NCBI GenBank assembly: GCA_030603365.1
Contig: JAUVXV010000003.1
Coordinates: forward strand, 301,494 to 365,493
Direction of reading: 5' to 3'
DNA: 64,000 nucleotides
Source of the DNA: Candidatus Heimdallarchaeota archaeon
GTDB taxonomy: Archaea; Asgardarchaeota; Heimdallarchaeia; Heimdallarchaeales; Heimdallarchaeaceae
In this document: positions 49,870 through 60,185 of the stretch, piece by piece
How positions within the stretch are numbered: the stretch's first letter is position 1
Layout of the letters: each line of letters opens with the position of its first letter
The notes under the pieces: generated by a model
The model's input: the letters and a program-made list of their open reading frames with translations, nothing else
What the model was told of the DNA's origin: nothing
The model's database searches: none
Made by a program: the position numbers and the translations under genes

Positions 49870-51339
49870 CTAAGCTTCAAGATATCGATAGGCAACGAGT
49901 AAATACAGTTTTGTAATGTCTTTTAGTGTGCTAATATCTGCGTACTCATTTGCATTATGAGCACCTGTTCCACCTGGACCGATAATGAAAATATCTTTCA
50001 TTCCTGCTTCTCTCATATTCCCCCCATCAGAAAATCCTGTACTATAAGAGTAGATGGGACTAACTTCATAGATTGCTTCAAAAGAATTTCGAAGAACTTT
50101 TCCAAATTCAGAATCAGGATTAGTTGCAGATCCTTCTCCAATAGTTATTATTGACATAGTTATATCAGTAGGTTCATCTTTATACTTGGATTTGCTGTGT
50201 TGAATGTTATTGAATTTCTCGGGAAGTTCGATTTTATATCCAAGTTTAGAACAATATTTTACTATAACATCAATTAACTCCTGAGATTTCAAACCAGGCA
50301 TAGTACGAAAATCTGCTTCTAACTCACAAGTGTCAGGAATAACGTTAGTTTTGACACCAGCTTTGATCTGATTGAAGCTGAAAGTAGTTTTGTAAAGATT
50401 TTTTGAGTTTCTCTTATCTTTGTCAAGCGGAAGTATTGGTGGAACATAATTCTTGAATTCCTTAAGTCCTGAAACACCTATACGATTTTTCAGCATATTC
50501 AAAGATTGTTTCTTTGTAACAGGAGGTTTAAGCTTTGGAATTTTCAATTTCTTATTTGCTTTAGATATAAATCTAACTGCTTTGTTAATTGCATTACTTT
50601 TCCACTTTGGCCAACTACCATGACCAGCCACACCATGAAAAGTGAACTTAAACCAATGAGGACCTTTTTCTCCAATACCAATTCCAGGACTCTGTAGAGG
50701 TTTCATGATTCTTGGTTCAGAGATTATGGTAGCATCAGCATTAACTACATCAAAGTGATTCTTTGGCATAAATTTAGAACCATATGCACCGTGGGTCTCT
50801 TCATCAGGAGTAAACCACATCTGGAGCTTTCCTTTAATTTTCTCTCCAGATTCTTTTAACAATTTCATTGCCATCATCTGACAGGCAACTCCTGCTTTCA
50901 TATCAATTGAACCCCTACCATAGAGCTTACCTTCTTTGATAACGCCACCTAAAGGAGGTGTATCTTCATCCCAATTCTCAGGATTATAAGGTACAATATC
51001 GAGATGACCATTGAACTGTAAAGCTTTTCCTGGCGATTCTCCTTCAAGTAATGCTATTAGATTGTAGTAAAATTCATCTTTTTTATCACTTGGAAACTGG
51101 GATTTGTAGTATTCTGTTTTAAATCCAGCCTTGTCCATGAAATCTTTGGTAAACTCAAAAATTTCTGTTTTATCTACATAAATACCTTCAGATAAATTCA
51201 TTGAATCTAGTTGTACTAGTTTCTGTAGGAGCTCAGTGATATCATTTTCATTATCATCAACCAGAGATAAAAGCTGTTTTTCATCCTTAGTTAATGGAAA
51301 CTTAGGAGATACTTTTATTTCTTCAATTAAATCAGACAT
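49870..51339 (-). CDS. M20 ArgE/DapE-family deacylase
   Basis: NGHLDIVP, GRGSIDMKAG, PDEE, SEP, HGS, SDG, AHNANE. Confidence 0.92.
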   Translation of the reverse strand: MSDLIEEIKVSPKFPLTKDEKQLLSLVDDNENDITELLQKLVQLDSMNLSEGIYVDKTEIFEFTKDFMDKAGFKTEYYKSQFPSDKKDEFYYNLIALLEGESPGKALQFNGHLDIVPYNPENWDEDTPPLGGVIKEGKLYGRGSIDMKAGVACQMMAMKLLKESGEKIKGKLQMWFTPDEETHGAYGSKFMPKNHFDVVNADATIISEPRIMKPLQSPGIGIGEKGPHWFKFTFHGVAGHGSWPKWKSNAINKAVRFISKANKKLKIPKLKPPVTKKQSLNMLKNRIGVSGLKEFKNYVPPILPLDKDKRNSKNLYKTTFSFNQIKAGVKTNVIPDTCELEADFRTMPGLKSQELIDVIVKYCSKLGYKIELPEKFNNIQHSKSKYKDEPTDITMSIITIGEGSATNPDSEFGKVLRNSFEAIYEVSPIYSYSTGFSDGGNMREAGMKDIFIIGPGGTGAHNANEYADISTLKDITKLYLLVAYRYLEA

Positions 51340-51440
51340 AACAAATTAGAGAAAATTTTGCTGTTTATTTACTTTACTCAATATATTATCGATAGTGTTA
51401 TAAGAAAACCTAAGGTTAAACGAGCAATAAGTGATCTACT

Positions 51441-52043
51441 ATGAAGAAAGAGGATCTTGTAAAAAAAGGGTATGATAAGGTAGCACCTTACTTCAAGATG
51501 TTCAGAAACCTATTCCATAATGAACAAGAATTGAAGTATCTAGTTGAACTTCTTCCTGAAAATGCTCAAGTTCTAGATGTGGGGTGTGGGATGGGAATAC
51601 CAGTTGCAAGATATCTTGTTCAACAAGGTTATTCTGTTACAGGGGTTGATATATCAGAGAAAATGCTTGAACTTGCTAAGCAGAATGTTCCAGAAGCAGA
51701 TTTCCATCTATATGATATGAATGATCTTGATTTTCCTGATACTTCTTTTAATGGAATAACAGCTATATACTCACTATTTCATGTACCTAAAGAGAAGCAT
51801 TTCAAAATTTTTCAGAACTTTCATAGGATGCTAAGAACTAAAGGCATTCTATTCTTTTGTGTAGGACCAGAAGGAGGAGATGATGTCTCTGTATTCCTCG
51901 ATAAAGCAGAAATGTTTTGGAGTAATTATCCACCTGAAAAAACACTTTCCCTGATTAAAAGTGCAGGATTTGAGATAATTTTTGATGAAATTCTTGATAG
52001 GGGCGATGAATTACAATATTGGGTTTTTGCTAGAAAACCATAA
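51441..52043 (+). CDS. class I SAM-dependent methyltransferase
   Basis: VLDVGCGMG, GVDISEKML, YSLFH. Confidence 0.93.
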   Translation: MKKEDLVKKGYDKVAPYFKMFRNLFHNEQELKYLVELLPENAQVLDVGCGMGIPVARYLVQQGYSVTGVDISEKMLELAKQNVPEADFHLYDMNDLDFPDTSFNGITAIYSLFHVPKEKHFKIFQNFHRMLRTKGILFFCVGPEGGDDVSVFLDKAEMFWSNYPPEKTLSLIKSAGFEIIFDEILDRGDELQYWVFARKP

Positions 52044-52064
52044 TTTTTGTTCTCTTGAGAATCA

Positions 52065-53699
52065 TTATTTTTTTATTTTAAGTAACCCTTTAGCTCTTAG
52101 AAATACTAAGGTAGTAATTGCAACTAACACTAGTCCTCCACTTATTGATCCAATAACTATCCAGATACTATAGTCAGTTCCAATAATCTCAACATCCAAT
52201 ATTATAGAGTTTGCATAGATATTCATTTTAGTTTCATTTGATGTAACATTGTATCCAGCACGAAGAAGTTCTTCTTCAGTATGATCCAACCAAACTCCAA
52301 AAGCTTCCTCTAAACCAGAACTATCTGTACTATTTGGATCTAAAGAGTAAGTATCGGTATAACCAATTACTTCAGATGTTTTTAGAAGAACATTTTTTGC
52401 TGCCCAATAATCAAGGGCTACAGGATCTTGGCTTGCCAATATCATATTGACTCTTGTTGCTTCTTTATAATCAGTACTTGGTCCTTCTGAAGATGAAGTT
52501 TCAGGATTAGCATTAATCCATATCGCATCCAAGATGTTTAATGTAGGGAGACCTAATTCAACCATTAAAGTTCCCATTCCCCCTGTATCTATCTTATCAT
52601 GCCCTTGACCAAGGGGTTGAGATTGAACTCCCATATAATGCTTTAAAGCAGCTGTTACACCATATCCAGAATGGGATTTCAAAATAGGCATATTGATGAC
52701 TTTTAATCTTTGTTCATAGTGAGAACCATTCCAAATTCCATGTTTGAAGCTAATTTTAGTACCATAATCTGTTTCGAATTTTGGATAAGTAACAGTTATT
52801 TCTGTTTCTGCATCAGTAGTGGAATTCAGAACATACCCATCATCCATGTCTCCTACTGAATATTCATCAACTTGGATACTCATAATATCATCCCAGAGAT
52901 AAGTTGAAACCTGGTTTTCAGCTGAAAAAGCATCTACTGCAACTTGGGTAGATTGAGAATGATCTTCTGCGTTACTCTCCCCCCAGTCCATACTCCCTCT
53001 TCCCTGACCATTGTCTGCAACAACAATTTCTCCTGTAAAGCCATCAGGATGATCGATAATGGCTTGAATAAGTTCCTTCAAAAGATCTGTGTTTGTTCCC
53101 CCACGTTTACCCCATTGACAATTATTCTTTATTAGAACTACATCAGTTGATGCAATAAGACCATCTGGACCTGTGTTATTTTCTACTATTGAAGACTGAT
53201 AAAAATTCAAACTATTATTCCCCATTAGATTGATTAGATCTGTAATATGAGCAACATCTCGACCATTTACAATATATATGTCTGAACTAGGTTGTTCAGA
53301 AGCAATCTGGGAATCTATTGGTATACCAATTTCAATACTGGATGCGGTTGTTTGCAGAATAATAACGGTAGTAATGGGAGTTAAAATGAGCAACCCTAAT
53401 GCAGCTATTTTTCCAAAACTAGAAAGTTTTCTTAATTTGACTAGTATAACAGAAAATGATAGTGTTGCTAACACAGAACTTGCACTCGCAGAAACATTGT
53501 TTAAGGCTACTTGCTGACATGGATATGCAAATCTAGTAGGTTTCTTACCAGTTCTAAGTAAGAACCATATAAGATTGAGAATTCCGAAAATAATTACATT
53601 CTCCCTAATTCTTTTCCATAAAGGTCTATTATGATGAAAATCCATGTACTTCTTGATATCTTTTGATTGTTTCAATGAGTCTGAAGAATGCTCTTTCAT
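52065..53699 (-). CDS. DUF362-domain membrane protein
   Basis: N-terminal TMs with RTG.KP.R..YPCQ; VLIKNN, ADNGQG, INMPILKSH..YGVTAALKHYMG, DPVALD; C-terminal TM. Confidence 0.8.
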   Translation of the reverse strand: MKEHSSDSLKQSKDIKKYMDFHHNRPLWKRIRENVIIFGILNLIWFLLRTGKKPTRFAYPCQQVALNNVSASASSVLATLSFSVILVKLRKLSSFGKIAALGLLILTPITTVIILQTTASSIEIGIPIDSQIASEQPSSDIYIVNGRDVAHITDLINLMGNNSLNFYQSSIVENNTGPDGLIASTDVVLIKNNCQWGKRGGTNTDLLKELIQAIIDHPDGFTGEIVVADNGQGRGSMDWGESNAEDHSQSTQVAVDAFSAENQVSTYLWDDIMSIQVDEYSVGDMDDGYVLNSTTDAETEITVTYPKFETDYGTKISFKHGIWNGSHYEQRLKVINMPILKSHSGYGVTAALKHYMGVQSQPLGQGHDKIDTGGMGTLMVELGLPTLNILDAIWINANPETSSSEGPSTDYKEATRVNMILASQDPVALDYWAAKNVLLKTSEVIGYTDTYSLDPNSTDSSGLEEAFGVWLDHTEEELLRAGYNVTSNETKMNIYANSIILDVEIIGTDYSIWIVIGSISGGLVLVAITTLVFLRAKGLLKIKK

Positions 53700-53953
53700 T
53701 AAATAGTTTTAAACGCTATCTTACTAAAATCTTTTTTGTGTAAGAACCCCGCACATATTAATAAAATTCAATTAAACTCTGGAAAAGTTTATAGTTTTTT
53801 CATTATATTCTTTTTTAATAAAAGAGGAAGAAGATGGGAAAGACAAGAAGAAGAATCCTTAAACAATCTTAGCTTTCAACGCAATTTTATCATATTTCAG
53901 CTTTTTATAGGTATTTCTTTTAAGTGTCTTAACGAAAAGAAATGTGTGGTAAA

Positions 53954-54952
53954 ATGGAAGATTTAGAACTTTTTAAACAAAGACTAATAGATAAAGAAAA
54001 TACTCCAGAAAATATCGACGAAGCAATGAAAGTGCTTACAGATTATTATAACTTCATGGAAAACAAAAACAAGAAAGTTTCTGATACAAATTCAGATGAT
54101 TTCTATGATTTTTCTAAGTTACTAATAGATCAAGGGAGAAACACAGGACTTACCTTTGGAGTATTCGCAGCTTATGGTCAATTTATTAACAATCGTAACT
54201 TAATCAAGTTGGGAAGAGAAGTTACTGATGGCAGTGAAGTTATGTCAAATCTCTATAAACGTTTAGAGGAAGAGTTTGGTAAGGACTTTAGAAATGAGGT
54301 TTTTGAGGATATGGAAGTTCCTCCTTTAGGAATAGACCCCAAGTTGAAACCAGACTATACAAAGAAATTAATTTCACGATTTGAATCTAAAGTAGATGCT
54401 AAAACCTGTGAGAATTTTCTAGCCAAAGGTTTAAGAGATCCTTATTATGAGTGGAGAAAACCTGATAGAGAAAAGTTTCTTAATTCAAAGAACATTGATG
54501 AGTTCTTAGAACAAAAGCGAGAAAGATTCATTGAAAATCTAGAGAAACATAGAGACGAAGGTACACTATTCTTCACTCAAGAGATAAACAATGAAGTCGT
54601 AGAATTTGCAAAAAATACAGCAAGTATTGAAGGAGGAGTTAGAAAAGGAAATATTCTAACAGTTGAAAAAATTCCTCATGAAACTATAGAATATCTACAT
54701 GCAAAAGATGAGAAAATGAAAGCCTACCATTATTGTCATTGTCCTTGGGTCAAGGAAGCAATCCTTGATGGCACTGTAGATGAAATACCTAATGTTTTCT
54801 GTAATTGTAGTGGTGGTTATTACAAGAACTATTGGGAAATAGTTTTGGATCAACCAATAGATGTGAAAACTGTGAAAACTGTGCTTAATGGAGATTCTAT
54901 CTGCGAATTTGATGTTTACTTACCAGAAGAAGTAGTAAAGGATTTAAACTAA
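53954..54952 (+). CDS. hypothetical protein with Cys-rich C-terminal domain (DUF6144/V4R-like)
   Basis: YCHCPW, FCNCSGGY, GDSICEF. Confidence 0.7.
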   Translation: MEDLELFKQRLIDKENTPENIDEAMKVLTDYYNFMENKNKKVSDTNSDDFYDFSKLLIDQGRNTGLTFGVFAAYGQFINNRNLIKLGREVTDGSEVMSNLYKRLEEEFGKDFRNEVFEDMEVPPLGIDPKLKPDYTKKLISRFESKVDAKTCENFLAKGLRDPYYEWRKPDREKFLNSKNIDEFLEQKRERFIENLEKHRDEGTLFFTQEINNEVVEFAKNTASIEGGVRKGNILTVEKIPHETIEYLHAKDEKMKAYHYCHCPWVKEAILDGTVDEIPNVFCNCSGGYYKNYWEIVLDQPIDVKTVKTVLNGDSICEFDVYLPEEVVKDLN

Positions 54953-55056
54953 TTCTGGAATTAAATTTTTTCTTCTTCAAACAGCTTGGTAGCCTATCCA
55001 AAATTAGACTAATTAAAGACAAAAACACACATATAACAGACTAAAAATTCCATAGC

Positions 55057-55920
55057 ATGGTTCATCGTCCTGAGAATGAATATTACCTTGAAAACGAAGC
55101 AGAAAAGAAGTTCATAGAGTTATCAAATGGTGCAAAATTACGTGTATTGTTTCTTTCTGCTGAAAAACCAACCAAAGATACCAAGAATATTGTCTACTAC
55201 TCAGGTTATATATCATACATTTTTCTTTGGAGAGAATCAATTAAAATCCTAAGAAAAAACCACAATATAATATTTATAGAAACAAGAGAAAAGGAGTTTT
55301 CTTCATTCCCTCCTAACAAAGTAATCTATGATATAGAGACTTTAGGAGAAGATTTTATCTTAGCTTTTGAAGAATTAAAACTGGATTTGAAGAAATGCGT
55401 TATTGCTGGTTCATCTATTGCTTCAGTAGGTGTGCTTGAAGCTATGAATAACCACGATTTTCGACCTTTTCTTTCAGTTCACTCCTCTCCGCAAATCTCA
55501 TATAAGGAAAATAAGAAACCTAAAATTCTTTCAACAATTTTCCCTCACTGGATGGTGATTTCGTTGAAACCATTCATTTATCTTATTTACATGTATAAGT
55601 TTAGAAGAGATAAAGAATCAGGAAGAAGCAGAATTCATACATTAAGTAGAATGTTTCAAAAGAGCTCTCTGAAATGGATGAGGAAATTAGAATCATTTAT
55701 GCCAGATTATGAGATGACAAAGGAATCAGTCAACAAAATAAACTCTCCAGTGATTATTGTTGGTGCTCAAGATGATCCTGAACATGATACTGAATCAATA
55801 AAAAAGATTGTGAAATTTATCCCAGGATCTAAATATAGACCTGTTCCATTCAAAGATGACACTCATAGTGAAGCTTTTGGTAGAATTATTCTTGAAGAAA
55901 TAGATAATGTCTTTAGTTGA
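55057..55920 (+). CDS. alpha/beta-hydrolase
   Basis: GSSIA elbow, GAQDD, DTH. Confidence 0.75.
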   Translation: MVHRPENEYYLENEAEKKFIELSNGAKLRVLFLSAEKPTKDTKNIVYYSGYISYIFLWRESIKILRKNHNIIFIETREKEFSSFPPNKVIYDIETLGEDFILAFEELKLDLKKCVIAGSSIASVGVLEAMNNHDFRPFLSVHSSPQISYKENKKPKILSTIFPHWMVISLKPFIYLIYMYKFRRDKESGRSRIHTLSRMFQKSSLKWMRKLESFMPDYEMTKESVNKINSPVIIVGAQDDPEHDTESIKKIVKFIPGSKYRPVPFKDDTHSEAFGRIILEEIDNVFS

Positions 55921-56278
55921 TTTTTTTCTCATAAAATTAGATGAAATTAAAATACAAGTTTCTATAATTTTTATTTCAAATAATAAGAAATACCGTACTC
56001 TAAAATCTTTTATAGATGTGATTTTTTATTATGTCCTAGCTGTCAAACTGAGAATTTCCATATGTGAGGAAAACGATTGATAAATATGATATCTATTACA
56101 TCTATAAATCAAGATTTCTTAAAGACTGCTAAAGGATGTTAATTATATGACTAAACCACAACTTCCAGAAACTCCTTATGACTATTGGAAATTTAATCCA
56201 ATACCTACTGATACATCTTCATGAAATGGCATACTCACTAAAAAATTTACATCCACAAGAAAATCTAAAGTGATTCAA

Positions 56279-56944
56279 ATGACTGATCAAGAAAAAAAAG
56301 GATTTAAATGGCCTTGGGACTATTTCCATTTTCAAACAAAAGGACGAGGATCTATCTTTGCAAACGGTGCAAAAGGTAAGTTTATGGCTAATACCTATTT
56401 TGCTGAATGGTTAGTATTCTGGTTCGCCTTTCTAATGACCGCAATTGTTACCGCTATAACTTTTGCCATAAGGGGTATTTGGGCTGATCCTAATGCAGCT
56501 GGATTATACTTCCAATATCTAGGATGGGGCTTTTTAGTCTCATTTATCATTGCATGGTTCTGTTTTGTTTTCATAATAGGACCTGTAACAATGAGTATGG
56601 TACAATATGATTTTAGAGCAGATTTCAGAGCATCAACTCCAAGAGAACTTATGTTTTCAAAGAAATCATTGAAGTTCTGGATTTGGGGTTTCTTAGTAGA
56701 CACAATGATTGTCGCTCCTATATCATTATTAGTGCCATTCTTTAATCTCCTAGTTTTAACTCCTGCAACTGCTGAACAGGCGTGGGCAGCTTCATGGAAT
56801 TTGGTAGAATTTTGGGGTGCTTACTGGAAAGCATGGATATTAGCAATAATCATCATTGTATTTTTGCTAATATTCCTAAAACTATTCCTTGGACCTAACA
56901 AGAAATTCCTAGAAAGAATGAAAGCACAAGGACCTCCAAAATAA
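56279..56944 (+). CDS. membrane protein of unknown function (4 TM)
   Basis: Four Trp/Phe-rich hydrophobic segments; T-rich terminator after the stop. Confidence 0.75.
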   Translation: MTDQEKKGFKWPWDYFHFQTKGRGSIFANGAKGKFMANTYFAEWLVFWFAFLMTAIVTAITFAIRGIWADPNAAGLYFQYLGWGFLVSFIIAWFCFVFIIGPVTMSMVQYDFRADFRASTPRELMFSKKSLKFWIWGFLVDTMIVAPISLLVPFFNLLVLTPATAEQAWAASWNLVEFWGAYWKAWILAIIIIVFLLIFLKLFLGPNKKFLERMKAQGPPK

Positions 56945-57013
56945 TAAATCCAAAAGGACAAGCGGAAACAACTAAAGATTTCCTGCTTTTTTTTATTTTT
57001 TTAATATAAATTA

Positions 57014-57916
57014 TTAGCACTTGCTAATTGCTTCCCCAAATACTTCTTCGAAATGTGTGAAATTCTTTGTGTCTTTAAAAGCTGTAAAAGAATCCATATT
57101 TGCTTGAAGCTCATCTACATTTTTAACTCCGAAAACAACACTATCAACTCCAAGATTCAAAGCATAATTGATACAATCGGCTGGAGTAGCTGCTTTCTCA
57201 AGTTTCAATGAGATTTTATTACCATCACAGTAGTAAGGTGAATAGTTGGTTTTGTTGGTTGTGAATACTTTACCCTTCATTAGATTTTTAATTGCTATTA
57301 CAACTATTCCTGCTTTTTTGCATACATCTAGAAGTTTTCTTGTTGACGGAAGAACCCCTGTGGCAAAATTAATGGGGAGCATGATGACATCTAAGTCACA
57401 TTTGTCTATTATCTTCAGAAGAAGGTCAGGTTTGTGCGCACTAAGCCCTACAGCTTTTGTTTTACCTTCATTTTTTAACTTTTGAGCATAGTCTAAAACT
57501 CCATTTTTAACCATCTTTTCATAATCTTCATAGTGAGTTACAAATTGGACAAGTGCTATATCTGCATAATCAACATCTAATCTTTCTAGCATGTCCTCAT
57601 ATGTAAACTGAATTTTCTTTAAAGAACGAGTTTTGACATGACCATTTTTCTTTTCATCATAATAACTTCCAAGATGAGTTGTAAAAGTTACTTTTTCTCG
57701 TTTATTCTTTAAGAATTGTTTGAAAACTTCGAAGAAATAAGGAAGATTAAACACAAGGTCATAGTGAGTTATACCCCTTTTGAAAGCTTCTTTGATTATC
57801 ATTTCAGAGTTTTCATCTCTAGAAATGCCTGGCTGTCTTGAACCACGGGCAAAATGCTCAATACCTAATCCTAACTTATTTATTTTAACTCCAGCAGATT
57901 CTAATCTAGTTCCCAT
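57014..57916 (-). CDS. aldo/keto reductase family protein
   Basis: LGLG, GITHYD, LERLDVDYAD, GKTKAVGLSAH, GVKNVDELQAN. Confidence 0.85.
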   Translation of the reverse strand: MGTRLESAGVKINKLGLGIEHFARGSRQPGISRDENSEMIIKEAFKRGITHYDLVFNLPYFFEVFKQFLKNKREKVTFTTHLGSYYDEKKNGHVKTRSLKKIQFTYEDMLERLDVDYADIALVQFVTHYEDYEKMVKNGVLDYAQKLKNEGKTKAVGLSAHKPDLLLKIIDKCDLDVIMLPINFATGVLPSTRKLLDVCKKAGIVVIAIKNLMKGKVFTTNKTNYSPYYCDGNKISLKLEKAATPADCINYALNLGVDSVVFGVKNVDELQANMDSFTAFKDTKNFTHFEEVFGEAISKC

Positions 57917-58002
57917 AACAAACTCGTTTAATGATTTAAGTATAAAAATATGTCATCATTTCAGAAGAAATCTTTAAACAATATACCGAATTGGAACAAA
58001 GA

Positions 58003-58386
58003 TTAAAAACCAAGTACTGATAATTCTTGGTATGAGAAATCTTCTTGATTCTCTTTTCGAAAATTATCAAGAAAATCATCGATCCATCTAGTTTTCAGAA
58101 TTTCTTCTATTATCTCCAAAACTGGTTTTGCAGCAATTATCTAACAATCTTCAAATGCTTGGTTTCCTAAGATATGGTCTGAGTGGTGATGAGTAGTAAA
58201 CAAATATTTTACTGGCAATCCTGTCATTTCTTCTGCGTTCTTTCTTGCTATTTCAATAAGCTTAGGAAAATAACCTGAATCAATAAAAGCTAAATATTTC
58301 TCAAGTTTGACAAATGATACATGTCAGAAAGTTTTTCCTTCAGTATGTGCCCAAACGGAATCAGAAATTTGTTCAAAACTTACCAT
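58003..58386 (-). pseudogene. truncated MBL-fold hydrolase pseudogene
   Basis: ATG 58386 MVSFEQISDSVWAH..., TGA 58324-26, FIDSG, THHHSDHILGN, TAG 58141-43, ends at 58003. Paralogous to 60186 and 62115. Confidence 0.85.
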
Positions 58387-58521
58387 TATAATCAATTTCG
58401 CTAGTTTAACACACTTAATAGATTTTCTACTCTGCTCTGAAGTCTATTATTTGTCCTTATCAATCTCAAGAATAGATGAAAAGATTTTTTATACAAAAAA
58501 TATTGTAAATCATGTGGTAAA

Positions 58522-58908
58522 ATGACAGAGCTAGCAGAAACCATTTACAATGAAGTGATGGAAGAGATTGAAGAGGAGATTTTCGATGGATTAGGAGAAT
58601 TAATCGTCGAAGAAAAACTAAAGTCAATAGTGGAGCAGATACAGAATTCAGTTAATGAAAAAATAAAAGACTTGATACCTGAAGATATATCAGAAGAAAT
58701 CACAGAAGTCCAGAAGTTCATCATAGGTGAAAAAATAGCAAGAGTTGTGACAAAAGATGCTAAAACAAAACTCGCTGATTTAGTTTCTGAAATAGTTGAG
58801 AAAACCTACGAAGTTATGTATCAACTAAGAAACGAAATTATTGAAGAATTATTCGAAGAAACTGAAATTGAAGAGGAAGAAGAGGAAGATAAAGCAGTAG
58901 CTTCATGA
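58522..58908 (+). CDS. very acidic helical hypothetical protein
   Basis: 128-aa ORF, E/I-rich, poly-Glu tail, TATA-like ttttatac upstream. Confidence 0.75.
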   Translation: MTELAETIYNEVMEEIEEEIFDGLGELIVEEKLKSIVEQIQNSVNEKIKDLIPEDISEEITEVQKFIIGEKIARVVTKDAKTKLADLVSEIVEKTYEVMYQLRNEIIEELFEETEIEEEEEEDKAVAS

Positions 58909-59181
58909 TGAGCTGTTATTTCATGATTTTCAAGAAGATTTCTAGATGTACTTGTATTACTACCACCACCAAAGTAGAGAAAATTATCTAACCATATTCC
59001 CCAAACTGGTCTAGCATGAGGTTTAGAAATCAGATTTTGTGGTACTGATCCAATAATTCCTTGATTCCTCCAATCATTCATCTACAATATCCCAACTTAA
59101 TAGCCCTTCATTCTTTTCAGAAATTCCGTATCCTGGTATATGAGGTCTAAAAGGTTTAGATGTCTTCAAGTTTCTTTTCAT
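58903..59181 (-). pseudogene. pyridoxamine 5'-phosphate oxidase-like (split-barrel) pseudogene
   Basis: RPHIPGYG...LLSWDIVDE*LEESRNYWISTT, frameshift, then KPHARPVWGIW.D..LYFGGG...RNL..N, truncated. Confidence 0.8.
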
Positions 59182-59328
59182 TGCTTTAAACATTGAGCGA
59201 TATTTTTTAAAAAATTCCCCTTCCCCTATTGATTCAGACTCAAGCAGAACCATCAAATTACTTAGTTAATTGAAATGTGTTCAAAAATACACAATGACTT
59301 TCTTTAGTGTTTGAAACCTAAGGTTGGC

Positions 59329-60168
59329 ATGAAGAATGAAACACAAAGTAAAATGTCAAAAGTTATTGAAATCATTCTGTTAATTCCAACATTAGTATGG
59401 CTATATTCCCCCATTATTGCAGGGATTTTATTTGCAATGGTATGGATGTTTCCTGCTGCATTTACCTCATGGTGGATCTTTGCATATTTAGGTCAGAAAG
59501 ATTGGTTGTTAGGTGTTATTTCAACAAATGATACCATGATTACTCTTATTGTTATTGAATTCTTAATTTTCGGAATTGGATTGTATTTGTTTTTATGGGG
59601 AGTTATCCTAATAGCTAAAGCTAGATTGAACAAAACTGGTTTAGTACAAACTGGTCCGTATAAATACATGAGACATCCACAACATTTAGGATTAATTCTA
59701 ATGTCACTATGTATCTCTCTCTATATACCATGGTCCATAGATGAATTTATCAGAATTGGAGAAATTGTATCTTGGTCATTCTTTTCACTTGTTTTAATCA
59801 TTTTGTCAGATTTTGAGGATAAGAAACTTGCAAAAAAATTTGGGGAGAAATTCCACCAATACAGATCATCCACAGGATTTTTCTTTCCTAGAATTATCAA
59901 TAAGGATAAAGAAAGAAGGAAAATTAATGAGATAAAATATTGGAAAAGATATCTACTATTAGGAATTGGTTATATAGCTTTTGTATCACTAATCAGTTTA
60001 GGTAGTTATATCTTAAGATTACCTAAAGTAGGGATAGTAGGTCTATTATTTGACTTTTTATCAAAAGAGTTTTGGTACTTTAATCTAATATGTTTAATCT
60101 GTTTTATAGTATTTATAATTTTAAAAAAATATAGAGAAAAGAATAGGAACTGTACAGGTAATACTTAA
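59329..60168 (+). CDS. ICMT/PEMT-family membrane methyltransferase
   Basis: LVQTGPYKYMRHPQHLG, ED..L.KKFGE.F..Y....GFFFP, multiple TMs. Confidence 0.85.
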   Translation: MKNETQSKMSKVIEIILLIPTLVWLYSPIIAGILFAMVWMFPAAFTSWWIFAYLGQKDWLLGVISTNDTMITLIVIEFLIFGIGLYLFLWGVILIAKARLNKTGLVQTGPYKYMRHPQHLGLILMSLCISLYIPWSIDEFIRIGEIVSWSFFSLVLIILSDFEDKKLAKKFGEKFHQYRSSTGFFFPRIINKDKERRKINEIKYWKRYLLLGIGYIAFVSLISLGSYILRLPKVGIVGLLFDFLSKEFWYFNLICLICFIVFIILKKYREKNRNCTGNT

Positions 60169-60185
60169 TCTTAACCTAACATTCT

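Noticed and set aside
19913-59181. Genome-wide stop-codon reassignment to explain the in-frame stops
   Set aside because: Interruptions use all three stop codons, often with frameshifts or truncations, and all three end intact genes normally
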